Positions 1-8,037 of a stretch of 64,000 nt of DNA are shown piece by piece (position 1 is the first letter of the stretch; each line of letters begins with the position of its first letter). A program made the position numbers and the translations under genes. Origin of the DNA: a virus (Duplodnaviria; Caudoviricetes); the IMG/VR virus record IMGVR_UViG_3300009130_000028, positions 1,441-65,440 of that record; one strand, written 5' to 3'. Below the pieces are notes generated by a model that saw only the letters and a program-made list of their open reading frames with translations, searched no databases and was not told where the DNA came from.

Positions 1-163
1 AAATCTTTTTCTTCGTATAGTTCTATAGATTTTCTTGGAAACGAATGACATCTGGATAAGAATTGGTTGATATAATTGTTTTCATACTCATTGTATTCTG
101 AAAGTCTGCAATGACCGCAATTACAATCCTTATCGTGACCTTCAGGTTTTTCATTTAACTTTT

Positions 164-475
164 TCATATTTCTCTAAGATTTTTTTGAATTGCTAGGTAT
201 AGCTTTTCGGATATATCTTCTGACATAACTCTATATCCTTTTTCTTTGGTAAATTTTTCGGCTTCTTCATATGTATGAAACCCAACAAAGATTCTTTCTT
301 TTGTATACTTATTGCTATTGTGATATGGTTTAATTGTATATACATTCCATTCAAAACTTTCTATTAGTGGTGCTTTAGAGTAACTTGAATTGATTTCACA
401 ATTTAATAAGTTAATAGATGCAGGAGGATTATATCGTAATTCTATCCATGCTTCGGGTTTATTAAATTTCTCCAT
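164..475 (-). CDS. hypothetical early protein
   Basis: 103-aa ORF in a tightly packed minus-strand run; no recognisable motif. Confidence 0.7.
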   Translation of the reverse strand: MEKFNKPEAWIELRYNPPASINLLNCEINSSYSKAPLIESFEWNVYTIKPYHNSNKYTKERIFVGFHTYEEAEKFTKEKGYRVMSEDISEKLYLAIQKNLREI

Positions 476-478
476 AAT

Positions 479-829
479 TTATATTATTGAGTTTGCTATT
501 CTTTTATATCCTTCTTCCTTAAGCATTTTTGTAAAGCTGTCTATATCTGAATATTCTGTAAAATACTTACATCCTCCTACCACATCACACGCTACATTAT
601 GACAGCAGCTTATGTCAAGTATTCTTCCTTCGTATTCAGGAGGAATAGATGAGAACTGTGAGTAAGGTTCAAAGACTCCTATACAAAAAGTTTTAATTTC
701 AAAATATACACTTAATGACATGCTTGTATCATCATTATAATAAAATACTTGTTGCTCTAATGGAATATTATTTTCTATACAATACTCATGTATTCTTAAT
801 CTATCTTCTACTGTTTGTAGTTGCTCCAT
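479..829 (-). CDS. hypothetical early protein
   Basis: 116-aa ORF, 3-nt gap to the next gene. Confidence 0.7.
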   Translation of the reverse strand: MEQLQTVEDRLRIHEYCIENNIPLEQQVFYYNDDTSMSLSVYFEIKTFCIGVFEPYSQFSSIPPEYEGRILDISCCHNVACDVVGGCKYFTEYSDIDSFTKMLKEEGYKRIANSII

Positions 830-840
830 AATTTATATTG

Positions 841-1224
841 TTAAGATTGCATTGGTTCTTCTAGGGAAATTATCCAGTCTTCTGTTTTTAGTGTGTCACT
901 AATATGTTTAAAGGCATCCTTTATGGTTTTAAATCTATTGCCACAGTACCAGAATAGATAATCATCTTTTTTAGATAGGTCAAAGCCTCCTTCAAATCCA
1001 TAGTAACTTCCGTTCCATAGACGAATAACATATCTAGTAGGTAGTTTATGAATGTAAGGATGTAATTTCTCTCTATATTCCTCATAATCTTCTACTTCCT
1101 TGTTGCCAATAAATAGTTTACCTTCTTTTGTTATCTCTACATCAGGAAACTTTTCATTAGTTACCTGAATACAATATGAATGTACTATAGTATCTTCATA
1201 TATTAATATGTCTTTTGTTTCCAT
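841..1224 (-). CDS. hypothetical early protein
   Basis: 127-aa ORF; start overlaps the upstream stop (TAATG). Confidence 0.7.
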   Translation of the reverse strand: METKDILIYEDTIVHSYCIQVTNEKFPDVEITKEGKLFIGNKEVEDYEEYREKLHPYIHKLPTRYVIRLWNGSYYGFEGGFDLSKKDDYLFWYCGNRFKTIKDAFKHISDTLKTEDWIISLEEPMQS

Positions 1225-1667
1225 TATAATTTTATATTGTTTTTGTATTGCTCTAAATTTCCATATCTTATGTAGTTTTCTTTTGGGTTTTTGAAATCTT
1301 TTAATACATCTTCAATAACCTCTTTGTCATCTTTATAGCAAATTATTCCTCCGTTTGTTGATGCCCAATGTACATTGTCATTTAATAATTTGCCTTGAAT
1401 TACAATGCATTCCTTGGGTGGAGTTCCTTGTTTGATATATAGATTAACTTCATAAAGATAATTATCGTGTTGCAGTGAATGAAGATTATCTCCTAGTGTA
1501 TTTATGTTTGCTAGAACTACATCATATCCAGCATCTTTTTCTGCTTTTCCATGTAAGAAATAGCTTCCAAATATGTGAACAGTTTCTGGCATTACTGTGT
1601 CATCGTTGTCGTCATCACCACTCCAATAGTTAGCATATATGTTCGCTTCATTTTTATCTATTTCCAT
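1224..1667 (-). CDS. hypothetical early protein
   Basis: 147-aa ORF; TAATG coupling on both sides. Confidence 0.7.
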   Translation of the reverse strand: MEIDKNEANIYANYWSGDDDNDDTVMPETVHIFGSYFLHGKAEKDAGYDVVLANINTLGDNLHSLQHDNYLYEVNLYIKQGTPPKECIVIQGKLLNDNVHWASTNGGIICYKDDKEVIEDVLKDFKNPKENYIRYGNLEQYKNNIKL

Positions 1668-2059
1668 TATAATTTATATTGTTCTATTTGCTCTATGGGC
1701 ATAAAGATTTGTTTCTCAAAGCCCTCTTGTTTAAAGTATAAGAATTTACCAACTGCAAGTATAACTGATACTGGTACTTTGTATGTTCCATATTCATCAG
1801 TTAGTAATACATATTCAAACTTCTTGCCTGTTGATAGTATGTGATAGTTGAAGCCATAGCTATTGTTCTTTCGAAATAGATGTTTCTTTCGTTTCTTTTC
1901 TATTTCAAGACATTTAGTCTCTGGGTTAACTTCTCCTATCTTTAGAGGTCGCTTACTCTTAGACCCTTTGAGGTCCAAGCTTATTACTATTTGATTTGGT
2001 GTGAGGGATTCAGCTATAATTACATTGCCTTGTCCATCATCCTTTTTAACTTTATACAA
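1667..2059 (-). CDS. hypothetical phage protein (basic)
   Basis: 130-aa ORF with TTG start, preceded by a TATATTTGTA promoter-like element. Confidence 0.65.
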   Translation of the reverse strand: MYKVKKDDGQGNVIIAESLTPNQIVISLDLKGSKSKRPLKIGEVNPETKCLEIEKKRKKHLFRKNNSYGFNYHILSTGKKFEYVLLTDEYGTYKVPVSVILAVGKFLYFKQEGFEKQIFMPIEQIEQYKL

Positions 2060-2261
2060 TTGTAAAATGTGTTATTACAAATATAATCAATATTCTGGAG
2101 ATAACATTCTCATAGTAGAAAGGACTTACATCTGATTTATCCTTTTCTTCTTGTTCCTTGATTATTGATTCAATTTGTTTGTTTTTTTGCTTTCGTTTTC
2201 TTATCTTTCTGATTAGTTTGTCAGCATTGATGCTGACCTTTTGGATTATGTTCTTTGACAT
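2052..2261 (-). CDS. hypothetical protein
   Basis: 69-aa ORF continuing the operon. Confidence 0.5.
   Translation of the reverse strand: MSKNIIQKVSINADKLIRKIRKRKQKNKQIESIIKEQEEKDKSDVSPFYYENVISRILIIFVITHFTIV
2076..2085 (-). promoter_or_regulatory. Bacteroidota-type -7 promoter element (TAnnTTTG)
   Basis: minus strand reads TATATTTGTA about 16 nt upstream of ORF 1667..2059. Confidence 0.45.
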
Positions 2262-2265
2262 CTTG

Positions 2266-2421
2266 TTAGAAAGTATAACAGTCGTTGCTTTTAGTTGTTT
2301 TCTTTACCTGAAAGGATTTAAAGTAGCAGTCTTCGTGACATACTGGTGTACCCTTTCTTTGATAGGTGGATGTTGAACATCCTATAAATATAAATATGAA
2401 TGGTATTATATATTTTTTCAT
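2266..2421 (-). CDS. small predicted lipoprotein (not in ORF track)
   Basis: manual translation MKKYIIPFIFIFIGCSTSTYQRK... (51 aa): basic N-terminus, hydrophobic stretch, FIG-C lipobox-like site. Confidence 0.55.
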   Translation of the reverse strand: MKKYIIPFIFIFIGCSTSTYQRKGTPVCHEDCYFKSFQVKKTTKSNDCYTF

Positions 2422-2427
2422 TTGTTT

Positions 2428-2462
2428 AAAAATAAAGGGGGATACAGTTTCCCATACCCCCC
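2428..2462 (-). terminator. rho-independent terminator
   Basis: minus strand has a G-run/C-run stem (GGGGGGTATGG...GTATCCCCC) followed by TTTATTTTT. Confidence 0.7.
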
Positions 2463-2468
2463 TGGTTG

Positions 2469-2630
2469 TTATGACAAGGACTTGGTTAAGTGTTGAGCCT
2501 TATCATCTAGATTAATTGTTAATAAATCATCATCATCGCACATTTGTACGGATTGATGTATGATTGTAATTTCACGATTACTAGCTTTCAAACTAATAGA
2601 AGTGATAGTGAACGATGAATGTAGTCTCAT
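2469..2630 (-). CDS. small hypothetical protein (not in ORF track)
   Basis: 53-aa ORF MRLHSSFTIT... filling the gap between 2632 and the terminator. Confidence 0.4.
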   Translation of the reverse strand: MRLHSSFTITSISLKASNREITIIHQSVQMCDDDDLLTINLDDKAQHLTKSLS

Positions 2631-2631
2631 T

Positions 2632-3084
2632 TTATTTACTGTTTACGTTGTTATTTAATTCGATTAGATTCAGGTTCAATGTCTTTTTGGCTAAAGACGG
2701 TAGTTCATCTTTGACCTTGACAATCACTTCCTTGAATTTCAACGCTTTGCGATTACTCTTCATATCATATACACAGATATGGTTCTTCCTTCTGGGAAGT
2801 TCCTGTATTCTGTTGTTGTATTGAAATGGCAAGTTAAGCAGGTTGCAAAACTCTAGTGCAAATCTCTTTGCTTTGTCGAGTAGTCTCCCTTGTTTGTCGA
2901 AACGTCTTGCGTTGTTTTCTACAGTGTACACGACATTATGGTCGTTCGGTTGTATCAATAATATTTGATACCCAAGCACATCACTTGTCTTGTTTGAATT
3001 AGCAAGAAAGTGGATAGGCTTTACTGTAATGAATGCTCCCTTATGTATTATTTTAAGGTAGTCTTTACGATTAATCTTTCTCAT
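2632..3084 (-). CDS. hypothetical early protein
   Basis: 150-aa basic ORF. Confidence 0.65.
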   Translation of the reverse strand: MRKINRKDYLKIIHKGAFITVKPIHFLANSNKTSDVLGYQILLIQPNDHNVVYTVENNARRFDKQGRLLDKAKRFALEFCNLLNLPFQYNNRIQELPRRKNHICVYDMKSNRKALKFKEVIVKVKDELPSLAKKTLNLNLIELNNNVNSK

Positions 3085-3156
3085 TTTAGTTTAAGATTAT
3101 GGACCGTAGTCCGTTAGTAATTAATTTAGAAAAAAAGCCAAAAGAAAAAAAGAACG

Positions 3157-3246
3157 CTATATGTTGGCTATCCATATTAGCACTGACACCATAGCATAAT
3201 ACCATAGTGTCCAGACAATGATTCGTTTTACATTTTCACTCATCAT
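3157..3246 (-). CDS. small single-TM peptide (not in ORF track)
   Basis: MMSENVKRIIVWTLWYYAMVSVLIWIANI (29 aa) with an A-rich leader. Confidence 0.4.
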   Translation of the reverse strand: MMSENVKRIIVWTLWYYAMVSVLIWIANI

Positions 3247-3272
3247 TATAGTTTTAAAGGTTAAACATTCAG

Positions 3273-3383
3273 TTAATTACCAGTTACTCCCCATACTATG
3301 AATAGGGTGAGTAGTGTTATCATTACTAGGATAAGAGACCATACTAATCCCCATAATTTACGGATAAAGTCATCATTGTTCAT
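3273..3383 (-). CDS. small single-TM peptide (not in ORF track)
   Basis: MNNDDFIRKLWGLVWSLILVMITLLTLFIVWGVTGN (36 aa); ATGA overlap with the upstream stop. Confidence 0.5.
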   Translation of the reverse strand: MNNDDFIRKLWGLVWSLILVMITLLTLFIVWGVTGN

Positions 3384-3601
3384 AGCCTTACCCTCCTTGT
3401 AATAGTAACATTGTGGTCTTTGAGATTGTACTCTTCACCTTGTGGGTGACTTTCCATCTCTTTAATAAACGCACTAATGGTGGGTGCTTCGGATTGCTTA
3501 ACAATCTTATCACCTCCAGGTATCTTAATGATATACTCCTGCATTTCACTAAAACAACTCATAGTTAATAACTGCCATAATACCGTTAGGTACACCTTCA
3601 C
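3380..3601 (-). CDS. hypothetical protein (true start probably the internal ATG of MQEYII)
   Basis: ORF track; stop coupled to the downstream ORF. Confidence 0.5.
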   Translation of the reverse strand: MKVYLTVLWQLLTMSCFSEMQEYIIKIPGGDKIVKQSEAPTISAFIKEMESHPQGEEYNLKDHNVTITRRVRL

Positions 3602-3685
3602 AGCCTCAGGTTAGTTAGGGCAACAGATAAGATTAATCTCCTATCCACTTGCCATTATAATCATAGGTGGCACAACGACTATTGC

Positions 3686-3883
3686 TTATGGATTGTATAG
3701 TTTGTGCATACAGTTAACATACGTTTCAGCTTGATTCTCAATCTCCCTAGATTTATCATAGAAGTCAACTGATATCTCTTTTAATATAAGCTTGTGTTCT
3801 TTACGCTTTTTCTTGCCATAATCATTAAGGGCATCTTTAAGCATTTCAAGCTCAGCCTCATTTAATTTAATTGTTTGCTCCAT
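3686..3883 (-). CDS. hypothetical early protein
   Basis: 65-aa ORF preceded by a repeated leader motif. Confidence 0.65.
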   Translation of the reverse strand: MEQTIKLNEAELEMLKDALNDYGKKKRKEHKLILKEISVDFYDKSREIENQAETYVNCMHKLYNP

Positions 3884-3900
3884 AATATAAATGCCTATCT

Positions 3901-4233
3901 CTAGGACTTATTAGTTAGATTCTTTTCTTTAACCTTATCCCAACAAAGTGCACAGAGAGTATAGGTATTTCCCCAATCATCCAATTTTTCGTGTGATGTA
4001 GCAAGTGGCTTTCTTTGCTTACACCAATCACACCATACATACTTACCACGCTTTGTAGCTATTTTATGATTAATTGAATGAGCTAACTCAAGCATCTCAT
4101 CAATCTCATCATCGGTATACCACTTATTCTCTGAATCATCAGACCTACCTCTCATAAACTGTAAGTCAAGACCATTACTGTTAACAAGAGAAAGTATGTG
4201 GTTAACCTCCTTATCATTTAACACTACTTCCAT
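3901..4233 (-). CDS. hypothetical protein with C-terminal Zn finger (CxxC...CxxC)
   Basis: CDWC and CALC motifs; preceded by the repeated leader motif. Confidence 0.7.
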   Translation of the reverse strand: MEVVLNDKEVNHILSLVNSNGLDLQFMRGRSDDSENKWYTDDEIDEMLELAHSINHKIATKRGKYVWCDWCKQRKPLATSHEKLDDWGNTYTLCALCWDKVKEKNLTNKS

Positions 4234-4509
4234 ACTAATAAATGCCTACTACTTTACTCATAGGACTTTGTTTAATTAATAAATTGGCTTCTAAGCCATT
4301 GAACTATCGTTTGTAGGGTAACTATCCAAATTATGAATTAAAGCCTTAAGATAGCTTTAAAATAAGTGTAAGGCTATAATTACCACTGCTATACATAACA
4401 CCATTACCCAAGGAATGGGAGTATAAGCTTGTAGGCTTTACACACAAAAGACACAAGCCAAAGGAACAGAAAGCATTACTTATGATAGTGAATTTCTTTC
4501 TTTGGTGCT

Positions 4510-4623
4510 TATATAGTACCTAGTGTATATAGTTATATATATATATATTACTTATATATAGTTATATAGTATATATAGTTATATAACCTAGGTATTTAAA
4601 ACCTAGGTAGTGTAAACCTAGGT
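4510..4623. repeat. AT-rich TATATAGT repeats plus three phased ACCTAGGT palindromes (candidate replication origin)
   Basis: TATATAGT at about 4510, 4526, 4555, 4563 and 4572; ACCTAGGT at 4586, 4601 and 4616 (15-bp period). Confidence 0.75.
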
Positions 4624-4637
4624 GGGAAATTATTTAA

Positions 4638-4692
4638 GGCAATACTCTTGATTGCCATAGCTCTCAGGGAGGATATCGCTTCCCCCCTGAGA
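4638..4692 (-). terminator. two stem-loops just downstream of ORF 4709..5677
   Basis: GGCAAT-n7-ATTGCC and TCTCAGGG..GGA-n7-TCC..CCCTGAGA inverted repeats; no clear U-tract. Confidence 0.45.
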
Positions 4693-4708
4693 TGGTTGCT
4701 AGCCTAGT

Positions 4709-5677
4709 CTAGAATGTAGCAAGTGCAAAGTCTGAGTTGTCAACCATCACAGCCTTTTCTTTCAGCTGTTCTTGTTGCTTAACCCATTCTTTCTTGCTTG
4801 CGCTACTGTATGAAAACAGTGTTGCAACTCCAGACTTACTGATGGTCACTGGCAAGGATGTATCTCTTGGTCCAGCAACTCTCAGTGCCTGCCCTAAAGC
4901 TGGGCTGTCAGGTGCACAGTGTTGTTCATTAATCAAATCAGCAACTAGGTTGGCAATTCGATTGGAATCACAACAGTATGCATCAGCAACAGCCATCACA
5001 GCTTTCTTGATGAATGCATTCTCCTTGATTTTACCATCACTATAACTAGTGATAATCTTTTCAAGGGAATCCCTTTCACTTGAAGAACAGCCTTTTTGAA
5101 TAAGCATATCAACTGTTTTTTCAAACAATTGTTCTGCATTTTCAAATGACATACCCTTGAAGTGAGCATTCTGGTCTTGAAAGCTTAGCTTTACAGCTTG
5201 ATAGGCAATGACATTGTCACCTTTCTGTGAAAGGGCAGATGCAAAGATAGCTGGACTATCGGCTTTCAAGCCCAAGGTCTCAGCATCTTTGGTCGTTGAC
5301 TTCCACAATCCAGAATCATCAAGCATAGCTTTCGCTTTCTTGACATCAAACTGACCTTTGACCTTAATGGTCGATAGCACTTTAACAAATGCAGACAATC
5401 TGCCTTTGTTGATAGCACTCAGGTCGCTTGTGGAGCTGTAAGTTCCAGTGTCAAGGTTGGTAAGGAAAAATGAATACATCATACTCCCTACAACCGAGGT
5501 GTCAAGATAAATACAGTTGGTCGCTTTCAAATCAGTATTGACAAGCGTCTCTGACCTTCCGGACAGAACTGCATTTCTTGCTGGTACAAAACGCTCCAGT
5601 ACTCTGGTGTTTTGGTCAACAGACTCACCTAGCCTAGCAATTTGGCTAGCAATAAAAGAATTTTGGACTTTCTCCAT
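4709..5677 (-). CDS. orphan 322-aa protein, first gene of the leftward transcription unit
   Basis: long ORF, Ala/Ser-rich, visibly more GC-rich than its neighbours; no motif recognised. Confidence 0.75.
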   Translation of the reverse strand: MEKVQNSFIASQIARLGESVDQNTRVLERFVPARNAVLSGRSETLVNTDLKATNCIYLDTSVVGSMMYSFFLTNLDTGTYSSTSDLSAINKGRLSAFVKVLSTIKVKGQFDVKKAKAMLDDSGLWKSTTKDAETLGLKADSPAIFASALSQKGDNVIAYQAVKLSFQDQNAHFKGMSFENAEQLFEKTVDMLIQKGCSSSERDSLEKIITSYSDGKIKENAFIKKAVMAVADAYCCDSNRIANLVADLINEQHCAPDSPALGQALRVAGPRDTSLPVTISKSGVATLFSYSSASKKEWVKQQEQLKEKAVMVDNSDFALATF

Positions 5678-5689
5678 AATTCCATTTTC

Positions 5690-5956
5690 GAGGTGGCTTA
5701 CTACCCCATTATTAAGCTGGTTTTCGGATAGCTACTGCATACTTGCAGGCTATTACCTACTCTGTAAAACCCAGCGACGACTATAAGTCGCCAGCCCTGT
5801 AATGCGAATCGCACATTACAACGACTTGTGTTTTATAGCTTTCCAAGCTGTCGCGTCTAATCACATAGACTGATGAAGGGTTGGCTGACTTAATACAGCT
5901 CATAACCCTGAAGGTCGACAGACCTTGGGTGGCTAATGGTACACAAATACCATTAC
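5690..5956. ncRNA. candidate structured non-coding element (ncRNA, 5' leader or ssDNA hairpin array)
   Basis: nested and consecutive helices covering almost the entire interval (see findings). Confidence 0.5.
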
Positions 5957-6178
5957 TGAAAGAACAAAAATTAAAAAGGAAATAAATGGTTCCATATTCT
6001 CAAATTATGATACAGGTAATTAATACCCCCTACTTTCTTTTTTTTATTTTTCTTTTTTTATATAATATAGTCCTCTCGCTCGGAGCTTATGTTCAAAAAA
6101 ATAGTATTTATTATTGGAGTGTTTTAAATAATAATTGTTATTATTGTAACAATATGGGGGTTATTTCCCGTTAATACT

Positions 6179-6436
6179 GTGTATATGGAGCGTGTTAGTG
6201 ATGGCATGTATGTGCAGAGGTACTACTCCACTGATTTTTTTACTTTGGATGAGGTAAGGGATTATGAGATGGATAGGTTATGGGGTTTAGGTGTGGAGGT
6301 ATTGGATTATGAGTTTAAGATTGGGGTTAAGCATGGGGAGTTAATTTTTTATTTACTTTTGTTATTTCAAAGTCTTGATGGCGAGGAATTGTCATCGGAC
6401 ACATTGTTTAATCATAAAAACTTAAATCATGAGTAG
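6179..6436 (+). CDS. hypothetical protein, first gene of the late block
   Basis: 85-aa ORF. Confidence 0.55.
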   Translation: MYMERVSDGMYVQRYYSTDFFTLDEVRDYEMDRLWGLGVEVLDYEFKIGVKHGELIFYLLLLFQSLDGEELSSDTLFNHKNLNHE

Positions 6437-6575
6437 CTATAAATTACCACAGGGTTATGGCAAGGGGGGTAGAAAGAATGGTACTACCATTCATCCATCT
6501 TCGCAGAAGCCAGGTAGCGGTTCGGGGAACTTGTACAAGCAGCAGTCTAAGGTTCCACCTATTATAAAGAAGTAG
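6429..6575 (+). CDS. small basic Gly/Lys-rich protein (not in ORF track)
   Basis: MSSYKLPQGYGKGGRK...PPIIKK (48 aa) exactly fills the gap. Confidence 0.5.
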   Translation: MSSYKLPQGYGKGGRKNGTTIHPSSQKPGSGSGNLYKQQSKVPPIIKK

Positions 6576-6576
6576 T

Positions 6577-7095
6577 TTGAAGCGTTTGTTTGACATAGAC
6601 GATACTGGCAAGGTAGAGTTAGATGATAACACCTACATGCTTATTCCAGAGTTGTCTGATGTTTACAAGCATAAGAAGTTAGGCTGGAAAGCCATCACAT
6701 ATATTGTTTGTGTGTGTGACTACCATAGTCCTTACAGGCAGCTACTGTTAGCCGACAGGATTGATGCTGTTTGTGAGGATATCTATGGTACAAAGAATTA
6801 TCCTCCATTGGCTTTGGACATTGTTGATAGGGCTATGGAGAAGTACAAGAGGTTGCAGTATGACCCCATCTATGAGCAGTATAATATATACACAGAGAAG
6901 TTAGCTGAGTATAATGATTATGTAAGGAAGATGCCCATAGAGAGTGACAATGCTAAGATGTTACAGGAAGTTATGTTAGGTCAGGAGAAGCTTGTTGCAG
7001 CGAGAGAAAATTTAAAAGACATCATTCTTAAGGCGGAAGATGAGAAGCTCCAGGGGGGAGGGGGCATATCTTTCCTAGAGGAATACAATTCATAA
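6577..7095 (+). CDS. putative terminase small subunit
   Basis: helical 172-aa protein upstream of terL; LIPEL...DYHSPY pattern and C-terminal coiled coil; inferred from synteny. Confidence 0.5.
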   Translation: MKRLFDIDDTGKVELDDNTYMLIPELSDVYKHKKLGWKAITYIVCVCDYHSPYRQLLLADRIDAVCEDIYGTKNYPPLALDIVDRAMEKYKRLQYDPIYEQYNIYTEKLAEYNDYVRKMPIESDNAKMLQEVMLGQEKLVAARENLKDIILKAEDEKLQGGGGISFLEEYNS

Positions 7096-7099
7096 AGTA

Positions 7100-7372
7100 A
7101 TGTCATATAAAGACGAAAAAGAAACGAAAGCTGGAAGCAAGGCTAGTAAAAGAGCAAAAAATAAGGGCTATACAAGCGAAGGCACTACAAAGACAAGGAA
7201 AACCAAACAAGGTAAGCCTACAGGACCAAGAAAGTTTTTTGGTAAGCTAGCAAATCTGTTTAGGAAAAAAAGCAAGAAGAAGAAGTATAAAATAACAGGC
7301 ACTAAAAGGACTGAGAAGCTTGGAAAAAACAAAAAGAAACCAAGCGCTAAATATTCAAAACCAATGTTTTAG
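7100..7372 (+). CDS. very basic small protein
   Basis: Lys-rich 90 aa. Confidence 0.6.
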   Translation: MSYKDEKETKAGSKASKRAKNKGYTSEGTTKTRKTKQGKPTGPRKFFGKLANLFRKKSKKKKYKITGTKRTEKLGKNKKKPSAKYSKPMF

Positions 7373-7543
7373 ATGGAAGATAACAATGAATTTGGTGGCA
7401 AAAGAAAAATATACAACTCCAAGGGTGAGTTGGTAGACCAGTCATGGGGGAGGGTACAGACACCAGACCTTAAGATGTCCTCGGCTGATAAATTGGATTA
7501 CTATTTTGAAAAGAAGAAAAAAAATAAACTTAAGAAATCATGA
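7373..7543 (+). CDS. small hypothetical protein (not in ORF track)
   Basis: MEDNNEFGGKRK...KKKKNKLKKS (56 aa); starts immediately after the upstream stop. Confidence 0.55.
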   Translation: MEDNNEFGGKRKIYNSKGELVDQSWGRVQTPDLKMSSADKLDYYFEKKKKNKLKKS

Positions 7544-7671
7544 AAAAACCTATTACAATACCTTTAGTAAAAAAGATGACAGGTGGTTATGGCGGCTATA
7601 AAGGAAGCATGAAGCGTCAGGTCACTGGATGGAACAAAGTAAAGGGAAGCGCAAAGGGGAGTGGCAAATAA
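7540..7671 (+). CDS. small basic protein (not in ORF track)
   Basis: MKKPITIPLVKKMTGGYGGYKG... (43 aa); ATGA overlap. Confidence 0.5.
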   Translation: MKKPITIPLVKKMTGGYGGYKGSMKRQVTGWNKVKGSAKGSGK

Positions 7672-7822
7672 GTGGATTCAGAAGGTTAGTAAATCTATTA
7701 AGCGTAGAGGCACTAAAGGGAAGTGCACACCTATCACTAAGAAGGGCTGCAAGGGGAAAGCTAGAACGCTAGCACTTACGTTTAAAGAGATAGCCAGGAG
7801 AAGGAAAAGGAGAAGAAAATGA
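7661..7822 (+). CDS. small basic protein (not in ORF track)
   Basis: GTG start, MANKWIQKVSKSIKRRGTKGKCTP...RRRKRRRK (53 aa); ATGA overlap with the next gene. Confidence 0.6.
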   Translation: MANKWIQKVSKSIKRRGTKGKCTPITKKGCKGKARTLALTFKEIARRRKRRRK

Positions 7823-8037
7823 ATCTACCTGTATCATTTAACGAATTTAAAAAGAACCCTATCGCAGCCATAGCATTTCTACTTGTGCTTGTAGTTTGTT
7901 ATCTCTATATGGACCTCAGTAGGTCTTGGGAGCAAAGACATGCAGAGTTAAAGGTAGAGTTGTCTACTTTAAAGAATGACTATGAGGACTTACAGGACAA
8001 GTATCTGGAGTTGATAGAAAAACTAAAGGATGAATGA
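7819..8037 (+). CDS. membrane protein, N-terminal TM plus coiled coil (holin- or i-spanin-like)
   Basis: IAAIAFLLVLVVCYLY hydrophobic helix followed by heptad repeats. Confidence 0.55.
   Translation: MNLPVSFNEFKKNPIAAIAFLLVLVVCYLYMDLSRSWEQRHAELKVELSTLKNDYEDLQDKYLELIEKLKDE

Noticed and set aside
4510-4623. CRISPR array or simple microsatellite
   Set aside because: Repeats are only 8 bp with 7-bp spacers and there are no cas genes; the pattern fits binding sites better
5870-5932. Hammerhead ribozyme (CTGATGA followed by a stem, GAAG and a second stem)
   Set aside because: The core reads GAAG rather than GAAA, the NUH site is missing, and no convincing stem I forms; kept only as part of the general structured element
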